Assembly: GCA_008632985.1 (NCBI GenBank)
Contig: QPGO01000267.1
Location: 1-64,000 of the forward strand
Direction of reading: 5' to 3'
Length of the DNA: 64,000 bases
Origin: Psammoneis japonica
Taxonomy: Eukaryota
Shown here piece after piece: positions 36,529 through 49,671 of this stretch. A program made the translations under genes and the position numbers. Every line of letters begins with the position of its first letter. Position 1 is the stretch's first letter. The notes beneath the pieces are model-generated. The model searched no databases. It was not told where the DNA came from and worked only from the letters and a program-made list of their open reading frames with translations.

Positions 36529-38105
36529 AGTATCAACCAAATGATTGTGACGCAGCCCAGCTACTAGCATTCAAAGCGCAATAAACAGATTGTTGTAACA
36601 TTACACTTCTACATGAAAGACGTACATGCTTGTTTACATCGGCCACTAGAGAGATTACGAAATTGTCTACACAATTATTTCAGATTCAGCCAAATGCATA
36701 AACACATCGAGGAAGACGGCAGCTCCCCAAAACTCTTTTTACTTTTCAAACCAAATTATCGATTTAAAGCTATTAATACCCGTTCTTGTGAGGCAGGTGA
36801 AAACAGCAATAGACGAACTCTCCATCGACATTGTTTCGAAGGCAAGATCCCACTTCAGAGTTCACGCACTCGATCACCTTTTTGAATAATAAACCTTCTC
36901 GAACCCACAAGACTTTATCGAAAATGTGCCACCATACTTCGATAAGGAAAACTGTTACGTTGTTCTGTTAAAAAGACCCAGGCTTCAAAGTATAATTTGC
37001 AGGCGCCTCGTAACTCGTAACAATTTATCGTGTAATCTCAGTAACCCTTCGAGTGCATTGGCCCGGCTCTATCAATAGAACTTCTTTCTGTTGGCATGGT
37101 TGTTGCTGAAAATCGACGTAAGAAGCAGCTGGTCATGTGACACGGAGCATTTGCATGCTTCTTTCGACTTGAATTTTCGAAAATTCGATTTGCGCGCCAA
37201 TACCGAGGCGGTGACACCCTACGTCCGTTGACGTAGAAATCTATCGGCTATATTTTTCGATACGTGCAAAATGTTGTCAAAGGTACCAGATGCTACGTGG
37301 TGAATATTGTACCAAGGGTCCTCGTAGAAGCTACGAAGAATTCTTTTTCTCATGAAGACTTTCTCACATCATTTTTTCTCGACTCAACACTGCGTGAGCT
37401 TGAGTTGTCGACGTGCGCCGTCTTTGGATAGAGCAAAGTGCTTGAATCTCAAACAGGTAAGACTCATTCAATACGATTTCGATACAATGGTAGTGTTGGA
37501 TGGAGTGCATCGATAAGCGATTGTGGTGCGAAACGACCGTCATTGTCGCTCTGAGGCTGCCGCATTTTTTTCTTCTCGCCACAACCGCGGTGGCGCCTTG
37601 CCGCGCGCTGTTGAAGTGCCCCCTTTTTCTCGGCACAGTACCCGCGTCTACACCTTCGTTATGTACGTAGAAACTCGTACTTCTATTACTCAACTGACGA
37701 TTTAAGTCACTCGGCATAAATGTTTCGGAAGACACGTAATCAGAACACTATTGCCCAATGAGAATTGTCGATGACATCATTTTTGTTCTGTCCAACGCAC
37801 GATATGTTGCAAAAGTTCTCTTCGTTGCTGCTAAAATACGTTCCGCTTTAGTGACGTCTTTTATTTAAGAGCCTTTGTCGCACCTCAAGTTGCGTCAGGC
37901 AGGGTGTGATGTCGTCGTGCACGACACGAGAAAAGAATTTTTGGCAAGGCGTGTCAACAGAACAAAACATTCTCACAGATCGCTTTCAAGTGGCTGTCGT
38001 TGTTGTTTGACAAGGAGTGGCATGAAAGGAACAAGTGATTTCACTTCCTTCTCACCTGTATATCATCTTATTTTGCTTTGTTCTCAAATCAGAAAGAGTT
38101 GAAAA

Positions 38106-39473
38106 ATGGAACTCTCAAGCGAACAAACTCGTCGTAGGACCGCTCTTCGGCGACGCCCGTCGGTCCTGCGTAGTAGGCTCCCGTCGAATCCGTACGTTGG
38201 TTGGTTTCGTCACGCACCTCCTACATTGGCTCGTCGTCGTCACAGTATGATGGGACCAAAACCTTACCGATTGAACTCAAGTGGCACCCGATTTTACACG
38301 TCGACTTTGCTACATTCCAAGAAATCAAACCCATACGTTGGATGGTTTCGACATGCTCCACCTTCAAGACTCCAGATCAAAAATACCAAGGAAATTCACG
38401 CCTTACTCGAGCGAGAAATAACCAAGATTTTAGAGTCGCAGTGTTCAAAGAAGGTGGATTGTGGTTGTTTTAAGCCAATAGTTAGTGGAAGACTGCCCGG
38501 TGGGTCACCTTGTGACGATGACGATCACGTGTTTCCGCCATTGACGTGGTTAGATAACAATGTGAGCGGATCGCTCCGAAGAAGTTTGCAGGAGACATCT
38601 GTCGTGAGTGGATCAGCTACAGTCAAGGTGCTTACACGGTTGGCATACTGGTTCCTTTTCCCTCTGGCTCACGACGCCACGGATTACCCCTCCGATGACA
38701 AGAGCGAAACCGATATGCTACCTCATCTTTTTCACAAGGCTCTTCCTGGTATTCTAGAGGATGAACCAGGTGCTTGCCCTGTCGAGTTGGAAGCAGACGA
38801 CGATGACATGTGCGCTGTTTCAGAAATTTCAGAAGAAGATCTCGGAGCTTCTATTTCATCTCTTGCCGAGGCCTACCATGCTCACCAGAACGCTGTAACT
38901 GGAGGCCAGAATGATTTGTTGCTTTATGAAGGCCATCATCGGTTGGATTACGTCATGACGCAAATGGATATTGCTCGTATGGCCAAGAACGCATCACGTC
39001 ACCTGGATGTCGAAAGCATCCTTAATCTTCCTACAGTTACGTACCGATCTGATAGTCCACCGATGCCACCACAGGAATCTATTCCAGAGCACGAACGCAC
39101 CGAGGAGGAGGGCTGGAGCTGGATGATTGTTCCACCTAATCCCGATGCTCAAGACGAGGTCAAACAAGCCCCGCCCACCAAGAATGATCTAGGAGATGAA
39201 CACACCGTTTGCATCATTTGTTTGGAGAAGTTTGTAGACGGCGATCGCCTTCGTGTTTTGCCTTGTGACCACATGTTCCACATGGGATGCATCGACCGAT
39301 GGCTCTCTGGAACACACTCTGACGACGATTGTTACACGAGTGGTTGTCCCACTTGCAAGAAGTGTCCCGAGATCGTAGAACCGCCGTCTCCCGATGGCTC
39401 CGTTCCTTCTTGGGCTTTTGCAAGAGTTGGTGACTCGCTTGCCAGAGATGCGCTAGACCTCGCCAACTCTTAG
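38106..39473 (+). CDS. RING-H2 E3 ubiquitin ligase-like protein
   Basis: 455-aa ORF containing [32 protein letters not shown]...CPTCK. Confidence 0.9.
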   Translation: MELSSEQTRRRTALRRRPSVLRSRLPSNPYVGWFRHAPPTLARRRHSMMGPKPYRLNSSGTRFYTSTLLHSKKSNPYVGWFRHAPPSRLQIKNTKEIHALLEREITKILESQCSKKVDCGCFKPIVSGRLPGGSPCDDDDHVFPPLTWLDNNVSGSLRRSLQETSVVSGSATVKVLTRLAYWFLFPLAHDATDYPSDDKSETDMLPHLFHKALPGILEDEPGACPVELEADDDDMCAVSEISEEDLGASISSLAEAYHAHQNAVTGGQNDLLLYEGHHRLDYVMTQMDIARMAKNASRHLDVESILNLPTVTYRSDSPPMPPQESIPEHERTEEEGWSWMIVPPNPDAQDEVKQAPPTKNDLGDEHTVCIICLEKFVDGDRLRVLPCDHMFHMGCIDRWLSGTHSDDDCYTSGCPTCKKCPEIVEPPSPDGSVPSWAFARVGDSLARDALDLANS

Positions 39474-39799
39474 GAAGAATAGCTTTCAGGGCATTCAATC
39501 ACGTACCATACTATTTGTTCGCCAGGTCTGAGGTGCATTGTGCGATTCGGTCCCGTGTATTCGTCGCTGCTTCAGTCAAAGATTAGAATACCATGCATAA
39601 TTGTAGTGACAATGTGTGTTCCCATGCCTCTTTGAAATGCCGTAGACTCGCCATGCAGTGGGTAATATGATTTGGATCTATTGCATTGTATGGTTTACGA
39701 TTAGTGTGGGTTTCTGTGTCATCTTCCCTCGCTCGATTCCGTCTAGTGAGTTTCTGTTTTGTCGAGAAGAGAGAGGTAACTGAAGGCGCCGCACATCTG

Positions 39800-40980
39800 C
39801 GTTCAACTCAGGCCTGCTGCTAACACAGCATCAAGTGGAACAGAAGAGAACTCACACGGAGGCACTTTTCACACCTTCCAGAGCAATGCAATGTCATCAC
39901 CACTGGCTTGTGAAACTGAAGTGAGCGCATTCTAAATTAAGCGCCAACAATGCAGCCTTGCCAGTTTTTTGCATGGTGGCACTTCCCATTGCAGATTCAG
40001 CGACACCATTTTTCATTTTTCAGCTTTTCAGCTGATGTTTTGGATCTGGATGTGCAGCATCTCCTGTTGCAGCCTCTGCAAAGACAACAATGAAGATGTC
40101 ATTGCTGCATCAAATGATTTGATCAACTTGGCTGTCAAGTGGATCATGGCACAAGTCCTTCCACTTTCATGGTGGAAGTGCAGCAGCACTTTAAATCAAA
40201 TGCAGGGCTTCTCTTCAGCTTTGGAAACATCCTTGCACAGGACATGCTGTCACTTTGTTCAACGCCAAGATCTCAAACAAGGTGGCCATTTCCCCATCAG
40301 TTGTTTTCTTGACAAAAGCAGCACTCACATTCTGACAGGCGCGTGAGTTTGCAACCTGCACTGGCATCATTGTCGTCACCCATGAACCATGCGCAGCTTG
40401 GCTTGAGACAGTTGTGGCCTTGACACTCTTCAGATCATGAGACATGTGTGGATCTTGCAAGGAGCACTGTTTGCTTTGCCACAACCTTTTTCTCAAACTT
40501 TGCCACTGTTGCTGGGAGTTTGTGCATGAAAATGACTGCTGCAGCGCCTCTGCGCTGTGGCTGAATGACTGGGGGGCTTTTGGCTCTTTTTCTGTGGCTG
40601 AATTGTGACATAGGCTGCCTCCTGCCTGACAAGCAATGAGAACCCTGCTGTTGTGCAGAGAGGAAAATCACGGGGCCACCACAGAGATCATTGCGGGCAC
40701 AGAGCAAAAATTGCTTAAAAATCAGCTGCGAGAGCTGACGAGTTCGGAGTGTGCAGTGGGAGTGTGTCGTTTGCATTTTCGGACTGAGTGTCTCCAGCGC
40801 AACCCCAGCGAGTTGTGTGGCTCCCAGCCGAGCTTCTTTCTTCTTTGTTGCTTTGTTGTGTGCCTGCAGTGGTGGATTGTCATGCTCTTGTTTTGAGATC
40901 TGTCAACGTTCTTGATTGGCGCGAGAGAATGATGCGCCCGCGGAGTGATGAGACAGGAGATGAGCACACAGAGCGCGGGC
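39800..40980. mobile_element. Small TA-depleted island, unclassified relic
   Basis: Very few TA over ~1.2 kb between two normal genes. No TIR/TSD or protein family recognised. Confidence 0.5.
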
Positions 40981-41095
40981 GCGGGACCACACAATACAAG
41001 GGATCGAGTGCTCGAGGGGCGACCTCCATTTATCACTTCCATCCGACAACAGCACTTTACATAAGCCATCATTGGAGATCGAAGCCATCACCATC

Positions 41096-42252
41096 ATGGC
41101 GAGAAGACGAATATTTCTACTCTCAATCCCGTTCATCTTTCTGTTAAGCGAATCGTCTGCTTTTTCACCAATCAATACGAAACCTTCGTTTCGTCAAAGA
41201 AAATTTGATTGCAAAGTGCCGACACCATTGTAAGGGAAATTGCAAGCTTTGCCCTTGGCACTGTGCATGAAGTCTTTGCCTTTTGGTTGCTCATTTCCAT
41301 TTTTCGTTTCTATACTATTGTATAACATTGTAGGTGGTCTTCCCCCGACACAAACGAAGATGAAATTCCAGCAAATTTGAAGAGAAAGGTGCAAGCGAAA
41401 CGACCGGCCCTCGGTCACGTCGTTCCCAAAAGGACCAGAACAAAAGGATGTACGTCTCTATAAGCTTCATTTACTTGCAAAGGCGTTTTTGTTACTAACG
41501 TGTTGCATCATTTTTTTTGTATCGTTCGGTGTAGCTGGCGGTTCTGCAAATCCGAGGTTACGACCACAGGGAAAGGCCAGAGAGGCTGGTCTCAACAACC
41601 CAAGCATGCTTAAGATTTTAGGCGGGACAGCACGAGGGCGACGTCTTGATAGTCCAGAAGTCTATCTGAGACCCATGATGGGTAAAGTTCGAGAGGCTGT
41701 TTTCAGCACATTCACTAGTTTTGGGTTGTACGATTTCGACAATACACGGCATTTAGATATTTTTGCTGGATCTGGCAGTGTCGGATTGGAGTCATTGAGC
41801 CGCGGTGCTTCTCACTGTACCTTTGTTGATCTAAGTGCGGATTGTTGTAGTGCTGTGGAGAGGAATTTGAAATGGTGTCAATTGAAGATCAGGGAAGAGT
41901 GATATGTGCAGATGCACTGCAGGTCTTAAGAGATCCAGAGTCTGTCGGCATTCCTTTCCCGACGACCTATCAAGTAATCACGTTATGTCCTCCGTACGAA
42001 GAAGTTGTTTATGCCGACTTGATTGATGCTGTTGCGAATTCGGGTTTGGTAACAGACGATACCATTGTTTTGCTCGAATACCCTGTTGAATTAGGTTGCT
42101 TGCCACACGTTTACACCCGGAGGGACGGAGGGAAAATGATTGGGGTACGAAACCGTCGCTATGGTCGAACCGTCATTGCAATGTACATTGTAAATCCTAC
42201 AGGAAAATTGGAGGTCGCAAGCAGTCGTCCGGAGGAATTTGTGTCTGTGTAA
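41096..42252 (+). CDS. rsmD: Plastid-targeted RsmD-like rRNA m2G methyltransferase
   Basis: Signal peptide + SAF. Introns ~41230-41332 and ~41449-41534. Motifs LKILGG.ARGRRL, RPMMGKVREAVF, LDIFAGSGSVGLESLSRGA, PPY and RRYGRT. Frameshift near 41880. Confidence 0.85.
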
Positions 42253-42928
42253 TTTCTGTGAGACCCAAAACCATTAGAAGACCTCTACCGGCATTGCATT
42301 TGCCTTTTGCTTGTCTAGTTCAAGTGGATTTTTTGAAAGGGAAACATCATCTGTTGAACTTGCGGAGATACTAAAGATCTCTAGAGAAGATCGGCACAGC
42401 ACTCTACTCTAGAACTACTCTAGCTAGAGCCTATGTGAGGCAGTGTGTTTTTACAGTATTTCTCTGTTTCATTATGAGGGCGAGGACTAACTGCCGTTGC
42501 ACAATGGCGCCGCACAGACGAACTTTGTCATTTTTGAATTTTCGGAATTCGCAAGCACCGAACACTGGAGCGAACACCGATTATTTCGAAAATTTGACGA
42601 CCGTTGACCGATTGACCGACAAAAGCACGCAACGAAGATAAAGCGAAAACAAGCAACAAAAGCAGCATCCTACTCTCTAGACTAGAGTATCGGTATAGGC
42701 TAACGATCCTTCGAGAGTCGTCTTTTTGACCCTCTTAGAAGTTTCATGACATCACGTCCGTTGTGATAGTCTTCTCTAGATGTCAAATCAGATAACTCAT
42801 CTTTCACTTTCAGGCTTTATAAGCAACGACAACGACGACACATTATCATCTTGCAATTGTTGAGTCTACGACAGTGCTCCTGAAGAAGCTCTCACAAGGC
42901 TGTCGTTTTGCATCGCACAAGCTTAACA

Positions 42929-44070
42929 ATGTTTGAAGACTTAGGAAGTACCAAAAAGAGCCGTGTCGCCATCACGGCTATTCTTTGCTTGGTAGCTCAT
43001 ACGCTAACCCGAGCGTGGATAGGAAATCCTAATGAAATTATCTATCCCGAAGACCCCAGATACGTCGAGCCCGAAGAAGAAATCCCAAAGGACTTACCGA
43101 ATTTTCACGAGGATTTCTTACTCAATTTCACAGACTATACTCCCAAGATGCTTGGCTAATGAGTTTTCCCAACTCTGGTACCTCGTTTACCATGGCCAAC
43201 ACAAAAATGATTACCAATCGCAGCATTGCTACCAACTATGCGGACGAGGTGACCGTACCCGGAACGGCTAGTTTGCCTCTCTATCCATATCACTTCGATG
43301 GTCCCTCTTGGCCAGGTATGGTTCCCAATAAGGTACTTACTTACCCAAAAGAGCTACCCGACAAATATGTGATGACCAAAACTCACTGCGGGTCTCGTTG
43401 CAACGATTGCGGCCCAACCACCTACATTGAGAGTACCGCATCATTTGCAAAAGCATGTGCTTCTGGACATGTTCGAATCCAAGACAAAAAACAAAAGAAA
43501 AGGTTTAGAAGAACACTGGTGACGTATCCGTTTGACCGCGTTGGCAAAGCTGTGCATCTGATTCGAAATCCCTACAACAACTTGGTAGCTCGATTTCATT
43601 TGAAGTTTCGACATTATGATCGACAAAACCGTAAAAATCTTACCGACAAGTTTCCAAACAATGCCACGGGTTTCCAGAACTGGTGTCGAATTTATGATCT
43701 AAAGTACAAGGCAGAGGACAAGAAAATTTTCGGGAAGGACAAGGAGCTTCATGAAGTCGTCAGAAACTGCCCCTGTCACGGCGAATTCTTCAAGTATGTG
43801 CAATGGCACAATTTGGCGTTCAAGACAACCGCTTCTCTCAAGATTCCTTATCATGTTATTCACTATGAGGAGTACGAAGAGGATTTCGATGGGACGGTGG
43901 CTAAACTTTTGGAATTCTTGGAAACACCAGCGGAAGGCGCGCCCAATGACTTTTCTCCCGGACACTCCTATGATGATTACTTTTCCGATGAAGATCGTCA
44001 GGCAGTCAAGAAGTTTATCACGAAAATTGCGTCACCCAAAACATTCAAGGAAGTCGAGCGATACCTTTGA
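42929..44070 (+). CDS. Type II membrane sulfotransferase-like protein
   Basis: N-terminal TM segment, PAPS-binding-like LMSFPNSGTS, KTHC, HLIRNPY and IHYEE. Frameshift near 43155. Confidence 0.8.
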
Positions 44071-44320
44071 AAGTTGAAGCAGGTCCCTTCGAACTTCGAA
44101 GGCTTAGAAGTAGATATTCAAGATAACTCTTTGGTTTAAGAAAATGAGAAAATGAAATGACTCATCATGCATGTTGATTCCTTGTTCAAGGACATCCAAA
44201 TTTGCCACATCAACAAAGGATGGCTCGCAGGAGTCACAACTACGGTATGTCAGATCTCTGCCGGAGCAAGCAATGAATGCTATTGTAGCCTCTAGCTAGA
44301 GTCGATCGATCGATCGATCA

Positions 44321-44348
44321 ATCGATCGCAGTTTAGCTAGCTAGGGCC
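44321..44348. repeat. (GATC)n microsatellite
   Basis: gtcgatcgatcgatcgatcaatcgatcg. Confidence 0.9.
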
Positions 44349-44593
44349 CTAGTAGTAGCTTTGAAGCTATGGTACGGTAGCTACTCTCTACTAAGAGTAG
44401 AGAGTACCGTGTAGAGAGTTTCAATCAAGTACTAGCTAACTACAGTATATCTGTAAGTCGGTCGGTCAGTCCGTCCGTCATCGGCAGCTCGTTGAAAAGC
44501 ACACGAGACCACATCTGATTCACGCGTCTGTCACGCGTCAGATTTCATGCTCCTTGCTTCCAACTTCCAACTTTTCACCCGCTGGCCTGGACG

Positions 44594-46367
44594 ATGACGG
44601 CAATCTCAGCCGTAGCCCGAGGCTGCGTTGTAAGACGTGTTTTGAGAGCATATGCTCGTCCAAGTCATCAGAGGCTTGTCAGAAGTGCTACTTCAAGGAG
44701 TCTGGTTAATGAAATCGACGTTGATTTCCCATGTTCAACCGGCGTCTCACCAACGAGATCTTTCTCGTCATTGTCGCATGATGTGAGCTCCTACACAGGC
44801 GGATGCATTATGGGAGTCTTGGCAGAGGTAGTGTCAAGAATAGAACGGCCAACCACACTTAGGCCATCGAAAAATGGTCAGAGTAGCAAAATAGCGGAGA
44901 GCGTGACGGCTCGGCTGTCGCTGGAAGAACTGGTGTTAAAGCTTTGCCTGGAATACCCTACGCTGCCTCTTATCACAAGTACAGCTGAAGACGGACGGGA
45001 AAGAGAAAAAATATTGGAGTATCTTTCTACTAAGTGTATTCCAGATCCAGAGCAAGTCTCGGTAGCGCTACAAAATTATCAAAAGCATGTGTCAACAGCA
45101 GCTCAACAGACGAGTCAGGATCGGCATGTTCAAACGCAGCGAATGTCCAAGCTACGTCATGTGTGCACACCACCTTATGAGAGGCTGTTTCAGTGTCTTT
45201 TGGAAGAAGACTCTAGACTAGGTATGGCGTTTCTGGTATGTCTACGGAAAGATTTGAGAGAACTGATACGTTGGCGACAAGAAGCAAAAGATGAGAACGT
45301 TGTACTAATGAAGGAACTGGATTCATATCTACGTGATTTGCTTTCGACATGGTTCAGCCCTGGTATGCTTGGTAAGCAAAGAAGATTCGTATGAGCGCCA
45401 ACTTCTCCATGCTATTAAACTGAACTTATTTGCGTCACATCTCCTTTTGCCTTTCTGACTGCGACTGTTCTCTGCAGAGATTCGTCGGCTTTCATACAAT
45501 GCGACTCCAGCCGAGATTATTGAGAAGCTCGCCACCAAGGAGCTCGTTCACCCCATCAAAAATCTAGATGACTTGCGCAGTCGTCTCGGACCTGACCGAC
45601 GTGTCTTTGCAGCGTTCCATCCCTTGTTACCAGAGGAACCACTCGTGTTTTGCCACGCCGCACTTCGGTCGTCTATCCCTAGTTCAATGGAACAAGTCAT
45701 GAACTCTGCTACGACGGAAGTAAGCCCCCAAGTCGCAGCGTTTTATTCAATCTTCTCAACCAAGAGCGGCCTGGCTGGGATTGATCTGGGGAGGTTTGTC
45801 CTGAAAGAGGCAATGAAGTCGTTGGGAGAGGAATTCCCGACACTGGAAACCTTTTCAACCTTGTCGCCAATGCCGCGCTTCCGAAAGTGGCTCGAAGAAA
45901 AGATCATACACAATCAAGGAACCTTCCAGGATAACACCCTCTTTTCGGAAGAAGAACTTTCACGACTACAGACAGTGATGAATTGTCACAATGCCGAAGA
46001 TGTGCCAAAGATTCTTTTGGAGACTTTGAAAGAGTCGAGAGAATTGGAAACAGAATTCGCATCCGCAATAGAACCCATTCTTCTAAAGCTGGCAGCTCGT
46101 TATCTGGTTTTAGAAAAACGCCACGGGAAACCTTTGGATGGCGTAGCACGCTTTCACATTGCCAACGGGGCGGAGATGTTTCGCTTGAACTTTATGGCCG
46201 ACACCTCAAGAAAGGGATGGCACAATAGCTTTGGTGTCATGGTGAACTACAGGTACGAGCAGAGCAAAGTCGAAGAGAACCAAGCCCGACACGAAAAAGA
46301 CTTCTTCATTCCTGTTTGCGTCGGCGTTTCGAAATGGCTGCCCCGCCTTGCGGACACGGAAGGGTGA
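44594..46367 (+). CDS. MLYCD: Malonyl-CoA decarboxylase (mitochondrial-type presequence)
   Basis: Motifs WFSPG, ELVHPI, RLGPDRR, EPLVF, FYSI.ST..GL.GIDLG, TLSP, VARFHIANGA and MVNYRY. Intron ~45371-45477. Confidence 0.93.
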
Positions 46368-46451
46368 AGCTTGAGACAACGGCTGCTGGGTGGGTTCGGC
46401 TGGTATGATCTCAAACGAGAAAAACGGCACGCGCACAACGGCTCCAGTTTC

Positions 46452-47693
46452 TTAAGATGCTGTTGCCGTCACGGATGTGGCACCTTTTTGAACTATATCA
46501 ATGATTCGAGATATGACATTGCCATCTGAGAGGATACCGGAATGTGTTGCCTTCGATACAACCATTGGTGGATGAGATTGCCGCCAACCATTTCCGGCCT
46601 CAAGACTTCTTAGTGGTATGGTGCCATCTCCTTTGAATGACGTGGTGGAGGAGGAAGGGCCTTTGTCAAAATCACTGTTGAACTTGTACTGGACAACGGT
46701 TGATACATTTGTTCCGTAAATTGGGTACACGGGAACCTGAGGATCTGCCAATGATTGCGTGTCGTTGTCCCACAGTGTCAAGTTCTTTACCCTGTTCCAC
46801 AAGGCGACACCGTCCTCATAATTCAAGCTACGAAAGAGGTCTTCGTAGTCATGTGCGGTGTAATTCTTCGTTGCGGTTTCAACCAGTACCTCTTGTGAGG
46901 ACCACAGGTTTGGACTTGGTAGAAGCCACACGTTGCTCTCGTATGAACGCTGCTCCTCTCGAACGTCCAAGCCAGAGAGCCATCTAATGCCTTCACTGTC
47001 TCCGGACGTGAATTGTAGCAACAAGACAACAGCTCCGCCAAAGGCAGGAGAAATCGGTATCCAGCCTGCAATGTACTTGTTTTTCCATTCCGTCGCGACG
47101 CATCTTGTCAGAAGATAGTGTCCAAACAGCGATCCCAAGCTGTGGGTAATCAAGGTCACTGGCGATTGGGTCTTGTCAAAGACTTCTTCCACGTGTCGTT
47201 TGAGGTTCTCAAGATACGATGGCTTGCCTCTGGGAGAATAGCGAAAGTCGTATGTCGCGGCATCCGCCACGTGTCCGGAGCCAATTTTGACAGCTTGTTG
47301 TTTAAGAGTAGCCATCAAATCATGATAAACATTAGATTTTGGATCACCATGTACCAATTCTAGCCCATTCTCTGCAACACGAATCTCCGTTCCGGGAGCA
47401 TCCGATACAAGATCCAAGGATTCGTTGTAGTGAAGTTTGATATTGTCACTCCAACAATCAACTTGTTTTGGAAGGAGTTGAGATGGTTGTAGCCAGAGAC
47501 GTTCCCACTTGCCATGCGTAGATTTCGTGCACCACCAGTGGCGTGTGTGTGGTTTCATATCAATGCGGATTTCCAAGGCGGATCCTCCATCACCGGGAAT
47601 AAGAATGGCATTGCCTTCAGAAGGCGACAGCTGTTGTAGCCAAACGACCATCCAGAACGGGAAAAGGCTTTTCGTAGTGAGTGATGACATCAT
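46452..47693 (-). CDS. LCAT / group XV phospholipase A2-like acyltransferase
   Basis: Motifs ILIPGDGGS, YDFR, THSLG, GDGTIPLRSL and HSGIL. Signal peptide. Confidence 0.92.
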   Translation of the reverse strand: MMSSLTTKSLFPFWMVVWLQQLSPSEGNAILIPGDGGSALEIRIDMKPHTRHWWCTKSTHGKWERLWLQPSQLLPKQVDCWSDNIKLHYNESLDLVSDAPGTEIRVAENGLELVHGDPKSNVYHDLMATLKQQAVKIGSGHVADAATYDFRYSPRGKPSYLENLKRHVEEVFDKTQSPVTLITHSLGSLFGHYLLTRCVATEWKNKYIAGWIPISPAFGGAVVLLLQFTSGDSEGIRWLSGLDVREEQRSYESNVWLLPSPNLWSSQEVLVETATKNYTAHDYEDLFRSLNYEDGVALWNRVKNLTLWDNDTQSLADPQVPVYPIYGTNVSTVVQYKFNSDFDKGPSSSTTSFKGDGTIPLRSLEAGNGWRQSHPPMVVSKATHSGILSDGNVISRIIDIVQKGATSVTATAS

Positions 47694-48133
47694 CTTGTTC
47701 AACCTTTGTTCTAGCTAGAAGTAGGTATGTGTTTCGAATTGTACCCATTGCCATGAAAGAGTGTTGCATGCAAGGGATTTGCATGGCGCTATGTCCTCTC
47801 AAAAGCTGCCGCGTGTTATTGCGCGCGCCGTGTCGGAGGGAGAAGAAACGGCTCTAGGCCCTACTACCGGTACGACACTATGGCTACGTGATTTCGCGTA
47901 TGTGGATGTCACTATCAACACCACGTAGGATTCTTCTCACGTCAGTCGCGACAAAAAGATCGCCGATCAGCCGATCAGCCGAGTTAGAAAACAGCAAGTG
48001 TTGTTGTTGGCTGTGGGTGCAGTTTGCCGTTGTCGTTTTCATCAGCAGTGCGTCTGCAGCGTGCAGTCTCTTTTGGTGTATACCCAAACAAAAAGTCTGT
48101 AAAGGATATTTGTTGCTGCGAAGAAAAACTAGA

Positions 48134-49590
48134 ATGCAGCAGAGAATTCGGATGCTCAATCCGCTTCTTCTCCTCGGTTTGTTGGTTGTCGGTGCCGAAT
48201 CTTTCTCGAGTCTCGGTTCAAACAGCCCACCCCATTTTAGAACTTCTTCCTGCCTCGCAATGTCGTCCAGCATCAGCGAACGCCCTTTGCCCAAACTGGA
48301 ATTGCCTCCACCGATTTGTTCCGACACGCCAGACACATGGGCGTTTGACACGATGTCACGTCGGGTCGACTCTGAAATCTTGCAACGAACTTTTGAGGAA
48401 AACCAAGAAACATTTGAATCCAAAAAGTTTGAAACGATTTTGAAACGCTTCCAAGCGTTACGCGCAGAATTACAAAATGCAGCCACAACCAAATTGACCT
48501 ACTTGGATGATCTAGCTAGTGACGCGTCTCCCGAACGTGTCCGCGAATACAATGAATGGAAAGAATTGCTGCAACCTCATGTCGATGCGGGCGATACGTG
48601 GTTGACTGCGCCTTGGATGATTACCGAATTTTATGCCTATCGTCTCCTTATGCAAGCGCTTGAATACTGGGATCCCGAATCTCCAGGTTTTGGATATGAT
48701 CCGTTTGCCGTGGCCAAGCGCGTCGGCCTCGAGACGTCTCCTGGATCGGCAGAAGTAATGTTGAGCAAAGTCCCGACACTTCCCAAAACTCGGGAAGGCG
48801 TTGCTCTGGCTGCTGCCTTTGCTCTTTGGGGAAACAAGATGGATTTGAGTATATGGCCTGCAGACGCCGCAAACTCCGAAATTGATGTGTTTAGTGACAT
48901 TTAGCGCAAGCCAGTGAGAACTTGCTTCACGATGACACTCTGCTTCTAGAAGACCACTGTGACATGCTGCGAGCCAAAGGCGGTGGGAATGTTGACATTA
49001 TTGTGGATAATGCTGGTTTTGAACTTGTGACGGATATGGCACTCGCTCAGCACTTGGTCGAGAGCGGCGTTGCAAAGCAAGTTACGTTTCAGCTGAAATC
49101 ACATCCGACCTTTGTTTCAGATGCCCTCGAAAAAGACTTGTTGGATACCGTTGATTACTATGTCGATTTGGACCCTGAAACATTTCCAAATGCACAAAAG
49201 GCCGGAACGGTGTGGCGAAAGTTCTTGGAGACAGGTCAGTGGAAGTGCAACGAGGATAATTTCTGGGTTCAGCCATATGCAATGTGGGACATGACTGCAC
49301 CGTTGCGTAGTGACATGGCGGAACGGTGCGACTTGGCATTTGTCAAGGGCGATGCCAACTATAGACGTTTGCTGGGTGATCGCATCTGGGATTATTCCGA
49401 TTCCTTTCAAGACGTTGTAGGAAACTACTTCCCATGTCCTGTCTGCGCGCTGCGTACGCTCAAGGCTGAAATTGGAGTTGGAATGGACCCGGATCAAGTT
49501 GAGCGAGCCTCATCGCTTGACGACAACTGGCTTGTCAATGGGCGATTTGGTGTAGTCCATTTTGGCACGGGTGCTTCAACAAACAAATAA
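48134..49590 (+). CDS. DUF89 / ARMT1-like damage-control phosphatase, probably plastid-targeted
   Basis: Motifs WGNKMDLS, VDNAGFEL..D, FVSDA, KGDANYRRLLGD and LRTLKAE. Signal peptide + AESF. Frameshift near 48900. Confidence 0.9.
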
Positions 49591-49671
49591 TAGATGTAGA
49601 TACTTCTGAAGTAAAACATACTTGTGTCTAATGAAATATATCCAGTATGGCAAGCCACAGGCCACTTGTTC

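Noticed and set aside
36600..38100. Short ORFs in the intergenic region
   Set aside because: No recognisable motifs or coding-like composition.
40215..40500. SP-RING/MIZ zinc finger in the small island (SLQDP...CPVQGC)
   Set aside because: The intervening Cys/His ligands could not be placed and the sequence is too degraded to support the call.
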